In this document: positions 16,495-26,267 of the stretch, one piece after another
Numbering within the stretch: the stretch's first letter is position 1
How the letters are laid out: every line of letters starts with the position of its first letter
Assembly (NCBI GenBank): GCA_044353325.1
Contig: JBILCF010000008.1
Location: 1 to 30,326 of the forward strand
Length of the DNA: 30,326 nucleotides
Reading direction: 5' to 3'
Source of the DNA: Chitinophagaceae bacterium
GTDB taxonomy: Bacteria; Bacteroidota; Bacteroidia; Chitinophagales; Chitinophagaceae
Position numbers and translations under genes: made by a program
The notes under the pieces: model-generated
What the model was told of the DNA's origin: nothing
What the model saw: only the letters and a program-made list of their open reading frames with translations
Database searches by the model: none

Positions 16495-19116
16495 ATGAAA
16501 TTTATTACCTATCCTTTTAGTATACTATTCGTATTCAGTCTATTCCTTTGCATACAAAGTGAAGCACAAATAGGACTAAAACAAAAAAAAGAGAAAACTA
16601 AAGCACTCAATACGACCAATGAATATGTTGTAGGTGGTGTTTCTGTTTCAGGTTCAAAGTACTTAGACGAAGAGTTGTTGATTTCTATTGCAGGCATTTC
16701 GCCAGGCGATAAAATCAAACTGCCTAACGATGCAGCCATTTCTAAAGCAATTCAAAACCTTTGGAAACAAAATTTATTTGCAAACGTTGAAATCAATGCT
16801 GACCATTACCAAGGCGATAAAGTGTTTTTAGACATCCATATTGAAGAACGACCACGATTGTCTAAGTATAACTTTAAAGGCATCAAAGACAATGATGCCA
16901 AAGAAATCAAAGAAAAAATTGGCTTAGTTAAATCAAAAGTAATCACAGAGGCAACTAAGCAAAATGCCGTTGTGCGTATTAAAAAATTCTACACAGATAA
17001 AGGCTATACCAATGTCAATGTAGATGTGATTGAAAAATCAGACACTGCACTTTTGAACACCGCTATTTTAACATTCATAATAGATAAAGGGCAAAAAGTT
17101 AAAATCAATCAAATCAATATTTTCGGCAATGATAATGCGTCCTCATTAAAGTTGAAGAAAAGCATGAAAGGGAGCAAAGAAATGGCTCGTATTTCGTTGT
17201 ATAGCGCTGACAAAGAGAGTGTTTATGGTAAAAATGAATCTACGTTTCAAGATTACTTAAAGGGTAAAGGATTCTTATCAATTTCAAAAACAGCGAATCT
17301 CATTCAACCTTATATTCGTTATGGTATTTTTTCGGCTTCAAAGTTTAATGATAAAAAATTCAGTGAAGACAAACAAAGTATCGTAGAGTATTATAACTCA
17401 ATTGGATTTAGAGATGCTGCCATTGAAGCTGACACAACCTATCCTGCTAGCAATGGTCATCTAAATATTGATCTTAAAATAGCAGAAGGTCATCGCTATT
17501 ACTTTGGTAATATCGAATGGAAAGGTAATACGAAATATACTGCAGACGAGTTGACGAAAATGACTGGCATCAAGAAAGGTGACATTTATAATCAAGATTT
17601 ACTGAACCAACGCGTTGGTAAAATACCTACAGCTGAAGGCGATGACATTGGATCCTTATATCTTGATGATGGTTACTTAGCTTTTAACACAGACATAGCA
17701 GAAAAGTCCATTATAGATGATACCATTAACTTTGAAGTTAGACTTGTAGAAGGTGAACAATATGTGCTTCGCAATATCAATATTTCTGGTAATGACAAAA
17801 CGCATGAACACGTTATCCGTCGTGAATTGCGCACATTACCTGGCAATAAATTTAGCCGTGCAGACATCATTCGTTCTCAACGAGAAATTGCAAATCTTGG
17901 CTTTTTTGATGCTGAAAAAATTGGCATTCAACCTACACCACATAATGATGGAACAGTAGATATTGACTATACATTGACCGAAAAATCTGCTGATCAATTG
18001 GAATTGCAAGCAGGCTTTGGTGGCGGACTAGGTATTACAGGAACATTGGGTGTTTCATTCAATAATTTTGCTTTGAAAAACATAGGTAAACCTAGTGAAT
18101 GGGATCCATTACCTATGGGAGATGCACAAAAATTATCAATCCGTGGTCAAGCCAACGGTAGATGGTATAATTCTATCACAGCAGGTTTTACCGAACCATG
18201 GCTAGGCGGAAAAAAACCGAACGCATTGTCTGTCAATTTATATAGAACTTATTTTGCCGGGGCATTTGGTTCAACAACGACTGGTCATATGACAACAATA
18301 GGTGCAGGTGCAACATTGAGTAAACGTTTACGTTGGCCCGATGACAATTTCGTACTTTCTTACGGCTTAAACTATCAATTATACAATATCAAAGATTACC
18401 AGTTTTTTGAAGGTTTCTCTAATGGACAGGCTAACAATTTGAGTTTAAAAATCAATTTAGGTCGTTACTCTATCGATCAACCTTTATTTCCACGTAGTGG
18501 ATCAAATATTTCAATGAGTATGCAGTTTACTGCGCCATATTCATTGATTAGTGGTAAGGATTATTCTTCTGTTCCTACATCAGAAAAATATAAATGGATT
18601 GAATACCACAAATACAGATTTACTGCGGAATGGTATCAACGATTGAAAGGGAATTTAATTCTAAAATTATCGACCAAACATGGTTACTTAGGTTACTATA
18701 ATTCAAACCTTCAATCACCATTTGAACGTTTCCAAGTAGGTGGCGATGGTTTATCAGGCTTTACGATTTATGGACGAGACATCGTATCGCATCGTGGATA
18801 CGAAATTTACTCTAATACAGCTGGAGCTACCATTTTCAATAAGTATTCAGCTGAGGTTCGTTACCCTTTCTCACTTAATCCGTCATCTACAATTTATGGT
18901 CTAGCCTTTTTTGATGCAGCCAATGCATGGGATAATTTTAAAAGTTTTAATCCGTTTCAACTCAGACGATCTGCTGGTTTAGGTATACGTATTTTCTTAC
19001 CTATGTTTGGTCTATTGGGATTAGATTATGGACTTGGGTTTGACAGACTTACACCGGGTACAAAATTTGGTCAAGCAACCAAAATAACCTTTATGCTAGG
19101 CTTCGAGCCAGATTGA
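16495..19116 (+). CDS. bamA: Outer membrane protein assembly factor BamA
   Basis: 873 aa. It has a signal peptide, POTRA-like repeats (e.g. IRRELRTLPGNKFSRADIIRSQREIANLGFF) and a C-terminal Omp85 barrel ending in an aromatic-rich strand. It lies 3 nt after uppS, which is the canonical synteny. Confidence 0.92.
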   Translation: MKFITYPFSILFVFSLFLCIQSEAQIGLKQKKEKTKALNTTNEYVVGGVSVSGSKYLDEELLISIAGISPGDKIKLPNDAAISKAIQNLWKQNLFANVEINADHYQGDKVFLDIHIEERPRLSKYNFKGIKDNDAKEIKEKIGLVKSKVITEATKQNAVVRIKKFYTDKGYTNVNVDVIEKSDTALLNTAILTFIIDKGQKVKINQINIFGNDNASSLKLKKSMKGSKEMARISLYSADKESVYGKNESTFQDYLKGKGFLSISKTANLIQPYIRYGIFSASKFNDKKFSEDKQSIVEYYNSIGFRDAAIEADTTYPASNGHLNIDLKIAEGHRYYFGNIEWKGNTKYTADELTKMTGIKKGDIYNQDLLNQRVGKIPTAEGDDIGSLYLDDGYLAFNTDIAEKSIIDDTINFEVRLVEGEQYVLRNINISGNDKTHEHVIRRELRTLPGNKFSRADIIRSQREIANLGFFDAEKIGIQPTPHNDGTVDIDYTLTEKSADQLELQAGFGGGLGITGTLGVSFNNFALKNIGKPSEWDPLPMGDAQKLSIRGQANGRWYNSITAGFTEPWLGGKKPNALSVNLYRTYFAGAFGSTTTGHMTTIGAGATLSKRLRWPDDNFVLSYGLNYQLYNIKDYQFFEGFSNGQANNLSLKINLGRYSIDQPLFPRSGSNISMSMQFTAPYSLISGKDYSSVPTSEKYKWIEYHKYRFTAEWYQRLKGNLILKLSTKHGYLGYYNSNLQSPFERFQVGGDGLSGFTIYGRDIVSHRGYEIYSNTAGATIFNKYSAEVRYPFSLNPSSTIYGLAFFDAANAWDNFKSFNPFQLRRSAGLGIRIFLPMFGLLGLDYGLGFDRLTPGTKFGQATKITFMLGFEPD

Positions 19117-19200
19117 TGAAAATTATAAAATAACGTTAAACCATTAGTTGAGATTAAATCTTTTTAGTTCATTTGTGTCAAAGTAATAAATTTATAAAAT

Positions 19201-19725
19201 ATGAAAAAATTACTCGTCCTATTTACAGTCGTTTTGATTTCTGCACAAGTACATGCACAACGCTATTGTGTAGTAGACTCGAAATACATTCTTGAAAACT
19301 TACCAGAATACAAACAAGCCCAAACGAAACTTGACGAATCTTCTGCTACTTGGCAAAAAGAAATAGATGCTAAACTTCAAGATGTAGACAGAATGTACAA
19401 GGCCTATCAAGCTGAACAAGTGATGCTAAGTGATGATATGCGCAAAAAACGTGAAGACGAAATCATCAAAAAAGAAAAAGAAGCAAAAGAACTTCAAAAG
19501 AAACGTTTCGGATTTGAAGGCGATTTATTTAAGAAGCGCCAAGAATTGGTGAAACCTGTTCAAGACAAAGTATATAATGCTGTACAAAAAATGGCTTCTT
19601 CCAAAGCATATGATATAATATATGACAAATCAGCTGACTTAAGCGTTTTCTATGCTGACCCTAAAATCGATAAAAGCGATGATATTTTAAAAGAACTTGG
19701 TGTAACGAACCCGACTAAAAAATAA
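19201..19725 (+). CDS. OmpH/Skp family periplasmic chaperone
   Basis: 174 aa. It has a signal peptide and a Lys/Glu/Gln-rich coiled-coil core, and sits directly downstream of bamA. Confidence 0.85.
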   Translation: MKKLLVLFTVVLISAQVHAQRYCVVDSKYILENLPEYKQAQTKLDESSATWQKEIDAKLQDVDRMYKAYQAEQVMLSDDMRKKREDEIIKKEKEAKELQKKRFGFEGDLFKKRQELVKPVQDKVYNAVQKMASSKAYDIIYDKSADLSVFYADPKIDKSDDILKELGVTNPTKK

Positions 19726-19798
19726 AACATAGTCATACTCAATTCCACACACTTTATTCTATATTTGCACACTTAAAACATAAAACCATACCAAAAAA

Positions 19799-20338
19799 AT
19801 GAAAAAACTAATTATTGCCGTAGGAATTATTTTATCAACCTCAACGCTATTTGCACAACAAAAAATAGGATATATCAATTCGGATGAGCTATTAATGTCA
19901 ATGCCAGAAGCTAAAAAAGCAGATGCTGAAATTAGCGCTTATGCTAAAACATTTCAAGACCAATTGGGCCAAATGCAAAAAGAACTTGAAACTAAATACA
20001 AAGCCTATGAAGCTGGTGTAAAAACAATGACAGAAGCAATGAAAGATGTAAAAGAGAAGGAATTGCAAGATTTGCAAAACAGACTTCAATCAACACAACA
20101 ATCTGCTGAAGAAAAAGTATCAAACAAAAGACAAGAATTATTGAAACCTATTACTGAAAAAGCTGATGTAGCTATACAAGCAGTAGCAAAAGAAAAAGGA
20201 TACTCTTACATCTTCGATGCAAATGCAGGTGGAATTATCTATGCATTGCCTACAGATAACATTTTGCAAGATGTTAAAAACAAACTTGGCATTAAAGACG
20301 CTCCAGCTGGCGGCGGAACTGCACCAAAAGGTAAATAA
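19799..20338 (+). CDS. OmpH/Skp family periplasmic chaperone (second paralog)
   Basis: 179 aa. It has a signal peptide and a start like IGYINSDELLMSMPE that is typical of Skp, then a coiled-coil region. Confidence 0.85.
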   Translation: MKKLIIAVGIILSTSTLFAQQKIGYINSDELLMSMPEAKKADAEISAYAKTFQDQLGQMQKELETKYKAYEAGVKTMTEAMKDVKEKELQDLQNRLQSTQQSAEEKVSNKRQELLKPITEKADVAIQAVAKEKGYSYIFDANAGGIIYALPTDNILQDVKNKLGIKDAPAGGGTAPKGK

Positions 20339-20358
20339 TAGTAAAATTTCTATACAAT

Positions 20359-20389
20359 AAAAAAGCCGTTCTACTTGAACGGCTTTTTT
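20359..20389. terminator. Bidirectional rho-independent terminator
   Basis: Stem AGCCGTTC (20364-20371) pairs with GAACGGCT (20377-20384) around a 5-nt loop, flanked by an A-run and a T-run. It lies between the convergent skp and hemD genes. Confidence 0.8.
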
Positions 20390-20455
20390 AGTTTTGAAAA
20401 TGATTTATTACTTAATAAATATGCTTAGTATATTAAATTGAATAGAAAATAAAAA

Positions 20456-21268
20456 CTATTTCTTAGCCACGTGGCTAGAAAGAAATTGGTCTAAGGCAGC
20501 TACCATAGATGGCGCACCAGGCAATGGTGCTTTCAAATGTATTTTAAGACCTGCGTCTTCAACAGCTTTTGTTGTAATAGGACCGAAAGCACCGATTAAT
20601 GTTCCATTCTGTTTAAAATCTGGATCATTTTCAAACAATGACTTTACGCCTCCAGGTGTGAAAAATACAATCATATCAGGTTGTAGACTAAGCTCTTTTT
20701 TTACGTCATTGACCACAGTTTTATACAACATAATTTCAGCGTGTTGAAGATTATTTTTGTTTAAACATTCTAAAGTTTCAATGCGGCAAATGTCGTTGAC
20801 TGGTACTAAATATCTTTCTTTGGATTTATGTTTGGCAATTACCTCTAACATTTTGTTTACAGTTCCGTCCTCCCCATAAAATATTTTGCGTTTTCGGTAA
20901 ACTATAAATCGTTGTAAGTATAAAGCAATTGTTTCGGCAATACAGAAATATTTCATATCTGGCGAAATCTTTATCCTTAACTCATCACAAATACGAAAAA
21001 AATGATCAATAGCATTTCTACTATTAAATATTACGGCTGTATAATCTGTTATTTCTACTTTTTGTTTTCTAAAATCCTTAGCGGGAACGCCCTCTACCAA
21101 TATAAAAGGTTGAAAATCAAGCGTTACGTTATGCTTTTTCTCTAACTCAAAATAAGGCGATTTTTCAGAGTCGGGACGAGGTTGAGCAATTAACACCCTT
21201 TCTATTGGTTTAACTGCCAAGTTCTTGGTCGCGGATTTTGCCTCCTTGTTTTTTATAGCTTTGGCCAT
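20456..21268 (-). CDS. hemD: Uroporphyrinogen-III synthase (Bacteroidota HemD-type)
   Basis: 270 aa. Segments such as SPYFELEKKHNVTLDFQPFILVEGV, FNSRNAIDHFFRI and VFFTPGGVKSLF match the conserved Bacteroidota HemD-like family as I recall it. Confidence 0.75.
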   Translation of the reverse strand: MAKAIKNKEAKSATKNLAVKPIERVLIAQPRPDSEKSPYFELEKKHNVTLDFQPFILVEGVPAKDFRKQKVEITDYTAVIFNSRNAIDHFFRICDELRIKISPDMKYFCIAETIALYLQRFIVYRKRKIFYGEDGTVNKMLEVIAKHKSKERYLVPVNDICRIETLECLNKNNLQHAEIMLYKTVVNDVKKELSLQPDMIVFFTPGGVKSLFENDPDFKQNGTLIGAFGPITTKAVEDAGLKIHLKAPLPGAPSMVAALDQFLSSHVAKK

Positions 21269-21312
21269 GATAAAATCAAGTTTCGATGAGTTTTGAATAT
21301 AATTTTTACAAA

Positions 21313-22221
21313 CTAGATGGCATTGACAACTTTATATAAAACCGCCAAAGGTACTAATTCGAAGGCGCAAAGGTACAACAAAAAATGTACAAAATCTATT
21401 CTGAATAAATTTATCATATTCTTTAAATTTCGGACATATTTGTAAAGCCACAAAACGAGCATTACGACTATCGCAATTATAAGTAATACGGTGCGAAACT
21501 GCCCATTGGTCAATAACACTAAAATACTCAAAGGGAATAAAATCATACCTCCAAATTCATTGATAATGGCATTGTTAAAGGAATAATTTTTAGCATCAGT
21601 CTGTCGCTGGAATACCCATGCAAAAAACCATACCATTCCATTTTTGAGAAGCAAAGCTCCAGCAATGAGTAAAAAAGATACTAAAAAAGTTGAAAAACCT
21701 GCATATTGACTAGAAATTTTACCAAAATGTAGAATGACATTAAAAAGTATAAAACTCAATGAAAAAACATACAAAATATAGAAACCAAGAGATGCTCGAC
21801 CATCATTTTCGAGTTGTTCTTTATGTTGCTTTTTGGAAGAATTGAACGAAAATATAGAAAATAAATTACTGATATATTTAGGGAAAATGCGAATCAAAAA
21901 TGAAATGACAAATAATAAACAAATTGCAATTAAAAAAGGCCCCGTTTTGTTTGTGGAATTTCTTGGAATAGATCGAACTGTATTTATGTAGGTTTTATGC
22001 TCACTTAAAAGCGGGTGATGATTTAAGTCGGTCAAGTAGCTTTTTTGTTCAAAAATTGAATCAACAATATTATGTGTAGTCGAATTCTGTACATTAAATG
22101 ATGCTGGCTGGGCTATACATGAGAGCTTTACACAACAAAACAGACACAACAAAACTAATATTGACTTCACTTGACAAAAGTAACCTAGCTTAGGCATTGA
22201 AAATGAATATTTCTTCAACAT
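21313..22221 (-). CDS. Multi-pass membrane protein, DUF4271-like
   Basis: 302 aa with about 6 predicted TM segments in the C-terminal two thirds. The position immediately upstream of hemD matches the usual DUF4271-hemD pairing. The start codon is uncertain. Confidence 0.55.
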   Translation of the reverse strand: MLKKYSFSMPKLGYFCQVKSILVLLCLFCCVKLSCIAQPASFNVQNSTTHNIVDSIFEQKSYLTDLNHHPLLSEHKTYINTVRSIPRNSTNKTGPFLIAICLLFVISFLIRIFPKYISNLFSIFSFNSSKKQHKEQLENDGRASLGFYILYVFSLSFILFNVILHFGKISSQYAGFSTFLVSFLLIAGALLLKNGMVWFFAWVFQRQTDAKNYSFNNAIINEFGGMILFPLSILVLLTNGQFRTVLLIIAIVVMLVLWLYKYVRNLKNMINLFRIDFVHFLLYLCAFELVPLAVLYKVVNAI

Positions 22222-22289
22222 CGATGTTATTAACTATTTGATGTAATTATTTACGCAAGTAATTACATTTGCCTTAGAGCAGAAGAGTT

Positions 22290-24797
22290 ATGTCAGAAGA
22301 AATCAATTCACCCCAAACCAACCATGTTGGCGATATGTACCAAAACTGGTTTTTGGACTATGCTAGCTATGTTATACTTGAACGAGCAGTGCCAGCAGGA
22401 TTAGATGGACTAAAACCAGTGCAAAGAAGAATATTGCATGCACTGAAGGAAATGGATGATGGTCGGTTTAACAAAGTAGCCAATGTAATAGGTCAAACCA
22501 TGCAATATCACCCTCATGGTGATGCAAGTATTGGTGAAGCCATAATCAACATTGGTCAAAAAGACATCATGTTGGATACGCAAGGAAACTGGGGTGATGT
22601 CCGTACTGGCGATAGTGCAGCTGCACCACGTTATATCGAAACTCGTCTTTCAAAATTTGCCCTTGATGTAGCTTTCAATAACAAAATTACAGAATGGCAA
22701 CTCAGTTATGACGGTCGAAAAAACGAACCTGTCAATTTACCTATGAAGTTTCCATTGCTTTTGGCCCAAGGAGCAGAAGGAATTGCAGTAGGCCTTTCTA
22801 CAAAAATATTACCGCATAATTTTTGCGAATTAATAGATGCGTCCATTAAATATCTTAAAGGAAAAAAGTTTGAATTATTTCCAGATTTCCAAACAGAAGG
22901 AATGGTGGATGTTACCAACTACAACGATGGGAAACGTGGTGGGAAGGTGCGCGTAAGAGCACATATTGAAAAAATTGACAGTAAAACTGTCCATATCAAA
23001 GATGTACCTTTTGGGGTGACAGTTCCATCTTTGATTGAAAGTATAGTCAAAGCAAATGACACTGGTAAATTAAAAATTAAAAAAGTAACTGACAACACCG
23101 CCGCAATAGTAGAAATCGAAGTTCAATTGGCAACAGGCGTAACTCCCGATCAAACCATTGATGCATTGTATGCATTTACCAATTGTGAGGTGTCGATTTC
23201 GCCCAATATCTGTGTAATTGTAGATGACAAACCTCGATTTATTACTGCTACAGAATTACTTAAAATTTCGACCGATCAAACCAAAGATTTATTGCGTCAA
23301 GAATTAGAACTCAAACTAAGAGAACTTGAAGACGATTGGCATTATTCATCGCTCGAGAAAATATTTATAGAAAAAAGAATTTACCGCGACATTGAAGAAG
23401 AAGAAACATGGGAAGGTGTTATTCAAGCAATAGACAAAGGATTACAACCCTATAAAAAATTGTTTAGAAGAGCAGTAACAACAGAAGACATCACTCGTTT
23501 GACCGAAATTAAAATCAAACGTATTTCAAAATTTGATTCATTTAAAGCTGACGAACATATAAGAGGTGTAGAAAAAAGCATAGAAGATACCAAACATCAC
23601 TTAGCACATTTAACAGAGTATGCCATTGCGTATTACGATAATTTATTAAAAAAATATGGTAAAGGGCGTGAACGCAAAACCGAAATAAAAGTATTTGATA
23701 CCATACAGGTTTCAGAAATTGCAATTGCCAATACAAAACTTTACATCAATCGCGATGAAGGTTTTATAGGAACTTCATTGAAAAAAGATGAACTCCTATG
23801 TGAATGCTCTGATGTAGATTCTATCATTGCATTTACTCGCGAAGGCAAAATGAAAGTGGTGAAAGTAGCAGATAAAATTTTTATAGGAAAAGATATCCTT
23901 CATGCTGAAATATTTAAAAAACTAGATGATAGAACAACCTACAACCTAGTCTATATTGACGGCAAAACCGGCATCACCTATGCTAAACGTTTTAATGTAA
24001 CCGGTATTACCCGCGATAAAGAATATGACTTAACCAAGGGTAGCCCTAAAAGTAAAGTACTATATTTTACATCAAACCCAAATGGCGAAAGTGAAATTAT
24101 TGGTATATCACTTACAGCTGCTTGCAAGGCAAAAATTAAAACTTTTGAATTTGATTTTGCAGAATTAGCCATAAAAGGTCGAAGTAGTATGGGTAACCAA
24201 GTAACGAAATATCCCGTCAAAGGTGTAAAATTTAAGTCGAAAGGAACTTCAACTTTAGGTGGTAAAAAAGTATGGTATGACGATGTAGTTGGTCGATTAA
24301 ATGTCGATGAAAAAGGTATGTACCTTGGTAGCTTTGGCGAAGAAGACAAAATTATTACAATGTACAACGATGGTACGTATACCTTGTGTACGACTGAATT
24401 AACGAATCGATTTGATGCAGACAAAGTGATTTTAATAGAAAAGTTCAAACCACAATCAGTTCTTACAGCTGTTTACTATGATTCCGACAAGCAACAATTT
24501 AATGTGAAACGATTTAAGATTGAAACCTTAACGTTGAACACTAAGTTCCAATTTATAAAAGATGGCGAGGGGAATTATCTTGAATGGATTACAAGTGTAG
24601 CTTCTCCTGTGATTAAATTGAAAACAGGTAAAAAGAAATTTTTACCAAGCGAACAAATTGTAAATCTCGAAGAGACAGTTGATGTGATGGGTTGGAAGGC
24701 CATAGGAAGCAAACTGTGTGAAAAAGATTTATTGGAAATTAGTCTATTAAATGAAGATGGCGAAGAAGATAGTAAACAAGGCGCTTTGTTTGAGTAG
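22290..24797 (+). CDS. parC: DNA topoisomerase IV subunit A (type IIA topoisomerase A subunit, ParC-like)
   Basis: 835 aa. It has the N-terminal GyrA/ParC signature (LDYASYVILERAVP...DGLKPVQRRIL...HPHGD) and the active-site Tyr context AAPRYIETRL. It lacks the GyrA box and is shorter than GyrA, so it fits ParC better. Confidence 0.85.
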   Translation: MSEEINSPQTNHVGDMYQNWFLDYASYVILERAVPAGLDGLKPVQRRILHALKEMDDGRFNKVANVIGQTMQYHPHGDASIGEAIINIGQKDIMLDTQGNWGDVRTGDSAAAPRYIETRLSKFALDVAFNNKITEWQLSYDGRKNEPVNLPMKFPLLLAQGAEGIAVGLSTKILPHNFCELIDASIKYLKGKKFELFPDFQTEGMVDVTNYNDGKRGGKVRVRAHIEKIDSKTVHIKDVPFGVTVPSLIESIVKANDTGKLKIKKVTDNTAAIVEIEVQLATGVTPDQTIDALYAFTNCEVSISPNICVIVDDKPRFITATELLKISTDQTKDLLRQELELKLRELEDDWHYSSLEKIFIEKRIYRDIEEEETWEGVIQAIDKGLQPYKKLFRRAVTTEDITRLTEIKIKRISKFDSFKADEHIRGVEKSIEDTKHHLAHLTEYAIAYYDNLLKKYGKGRERKTEIKVFDTIQVSEIAIANTKLYINRDEGFIGTSLKKDELLCECSDVDSIIAFTREGKMKVVKVADKIFIGKDILHAEIFKKLDDRTTYNLVYIDGKTGITYAKRFNVTGITRDKEYDLTKGSPKSKVLYFTSNPNGESEIIGISLTAACKAKIKTFEFDFAELAIKGRSSMGNQVTKYPVKGVKFKSKGTSTLGGKKVWYDDVVGRLNVDEKGMYLGSFGEEDKIITMYNDGTYTLCTTELTNRFDADKVILIEKFKPQSVLTAVYYDSDKQQFNVKRFKIETLTLNTKFQFIKDGEGNYLEWITSVASPVIKLKTGKKKFLPSEQIVNLEETVDVMGWKAIGSKLCEKDLLEISLLNEDGEEDSKQGALFE

Positions 24798-24800
24798 ACT

Positions 24801-25679
24801 TTAATATTTCGCTCCACTTACACCAATATTTTCTATTGGGTGCCAAGTCGTTTTAATTTCTTGCAAATCCATAATCAAGTATGGATTTTCATTTTCAGCT
24901 TTTGTCCAGTCTTTTTGCCACATAAAACTACGCTTTACATTTAAAGATGAAAGCTCAGCAATTGTCTTTGCTTCTTCCATATTTTCTCTGCAATAAACTA
25001 TAGCATTTACATCCATGTGCGATGCAAAATGTGTATGCAATTCTTTACTTTTTCCTGTTAAAATATTGACAACACCGCCCGGCAAATCAGATGTAGCTAA
25101 TACCTCTGCAAAGGTTATACTACACAATGGTTTTGTTTCTGATGCTAAAACCACACATGTATTACCACCTGCAATGACAGGCATGATAACAGAAACCAAT
25201 CCTAACAATGAAGAATGTTCATCTGCTATTACACTGACAACGCCAGTTGGTTCGGGTACAGAAAAATTGAAATGAGATGTAGCCACTGGGTTTACAGTTC
25301 CAAACAATTGCTGATACTTGTCACACCAACCACTGTAATAAACGCATCTATCAATAGCTAATCGAACTTCTTTTTCAGCACTTGCTTTCGTTGAACCTTG
25401 TATCATTAATTCTTCTATAAATTGCGCTTTTCTTCCTTCAAGCATTTCTGCTATTCTGTAAAGGATTTGTCCGCGATTAAATGCCGCACGCCCGCTCCAA
25501 CCTTCAAATGCTTTTCGTGCAGCAACTACAGCGTTGCGAAAATCTTTTCGAGAGGAAAGGCACATGTTTGCAATAACCTCTTTCTTATTATTTTCCAATT
25601 TATAAAATCGACCACTTTCAGTTCGAGGGAAAGCTCCACCGATGTATAGTTTGTATGTTTTTAAAATTTCTAATTGCAT
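24801..25679 (-). CDS. Truncated aldehyde dehydrogenase family paralog (NAD-binding portion only; no catalytic Cys/Glu motifs seen)
   Basis: 292 aa. The N-terminus is ALDH-like (YKLYIGG..., W....A..R..IL.R.AE) and a GGVVNILTG segment is present, but there is no ELGGK or GQxC motif. It ends 3 nt from the parC stop. Confidence 0.7.
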   Translation of the reverse strand: MQLEILKTYKLYIGGAFPRTESGRFYKLENNKKEVIANMCLSSRKDFRNAVVAARKAFEGWSGRAAFNRGQILYRIAEMLEGRKAQFIEELMIQGSTKASAEKEVRLAIDRCVYYSGWCDKYQQLFGTVNPVATSHFNFSVPEPTGVVSVIADEHSSLLGLVSVIMPVIAGGNTCVVLASETKPLCSITFAEVLATSDLPGGVVNILTGKSKELHTHFASHMDVNAIVYCRENMEEAKTIAELSSLNVKRSFMWQKDWTKAENENPYLIMDLQEIKTTWHPIENIGVSGAKY

Positions 25680-25690
25680 AGTTTTTATTT

Positions 25691-25778
25691 TTTACCACAG
25701 AGATACCAGAGTTAATATACAGAGTTATCTGAGGATTTATTTTTTATTTAAAGAGGTTTTTGAGAGTTAATTGAGACA
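25691..25778. repeat. Inverted repeat arm B-left (overlaps the 3' end of the GxxExxY ORF)
   Basis: TTTACCACAGAGATACCAGAGTTAATATACAGAG...TTTTTGAGAGTTAATTGAGACA aligns with the reverse complement of the tandem unit (TTAACCACAGAGAAAGCAGAGGCTAATCACAGAG...TTTTTCAGAGTTAAATGAGAGA). That is about 24/34 and 19/22 matches in the two segments I aligned by hand. Confidence 0.7.
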
Positions 25779-26170
25779 TAGTTTAAATCTTTATAAAATT
25801 TATTAATTAATCTTTTAATTCCATTTTTCAAGAGTGGAACATTAAAATTAATTAATAGTCCAATTTTATTATTATTTAATTTTAAATAAGTTAATAATTG
25901 AGCAATATGAACATCATTAAATTCTTCTATAGTTTTTAATTCTACAATTATTTTATCTTCAACTAATAAATCAATTTTATGACCTACATCTAACTTTATT
26001 TCTTCATAGATTAACGGTAATGATTTTTGTCTTTCTACTTTTAATCCTAGTTTATTTAATTCATAAAATAAACAAGCTTCATAACTTGATTCTAATAAAC
26101 CTGGACCAAGTGCAGAATGGACTTTTATAGCACATCCAATTATTAATTCTGTCAGTTCATTTTCTTGCAT
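25748..26170 (-). CDS. GxxExxY protein (PD-(D/E)XK fold)
   Basis: 140 aa with an ATG start. It has GLLESSY (GxxExxY), IDLLV...VELK and GLLINF...GIKRLIN. The last ~17 aa (KFYKDLNYVSINSQKPL) are read from the flanking repeat arm. Confidence 0.85.
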   Translation of the reverse strand: MQENELTELIIGCAIKVHSALGPGLLESSYEACLFYELNKLGLKVERQKSLPLIYEEIKLDVGHKIDLLVEDKIIVELKTIEEFNDVHIAQLLTYLKLNNNKIGLLINFNVPLLKNGIKRLINKFYKDLNYVSINSQKPL

Positions 26171-26267
26171 TTCGTTTGTTATTTTTTACATCAAACTTAA
26201 CCTCTATTTTCTCTAATTTCTCTCAATATTTCAATACGTTTCCTATGTGTCAGAACTCCGTTCTCTT

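Noticed and set aside
23978-24448. 156-aa antisense ORF inside parC, and similar antisense or alternate-frame ORFs inside larger genes (e.g. 5589-5882, 2444-2638, 11568-11873, 25015-25275).
   Set aside because: All are fully embedded in strongly supported genes on the other strand or frame. They have low-complexity or odd composition and no motifs, as expected for chance ORFs in AT-rich DNA.
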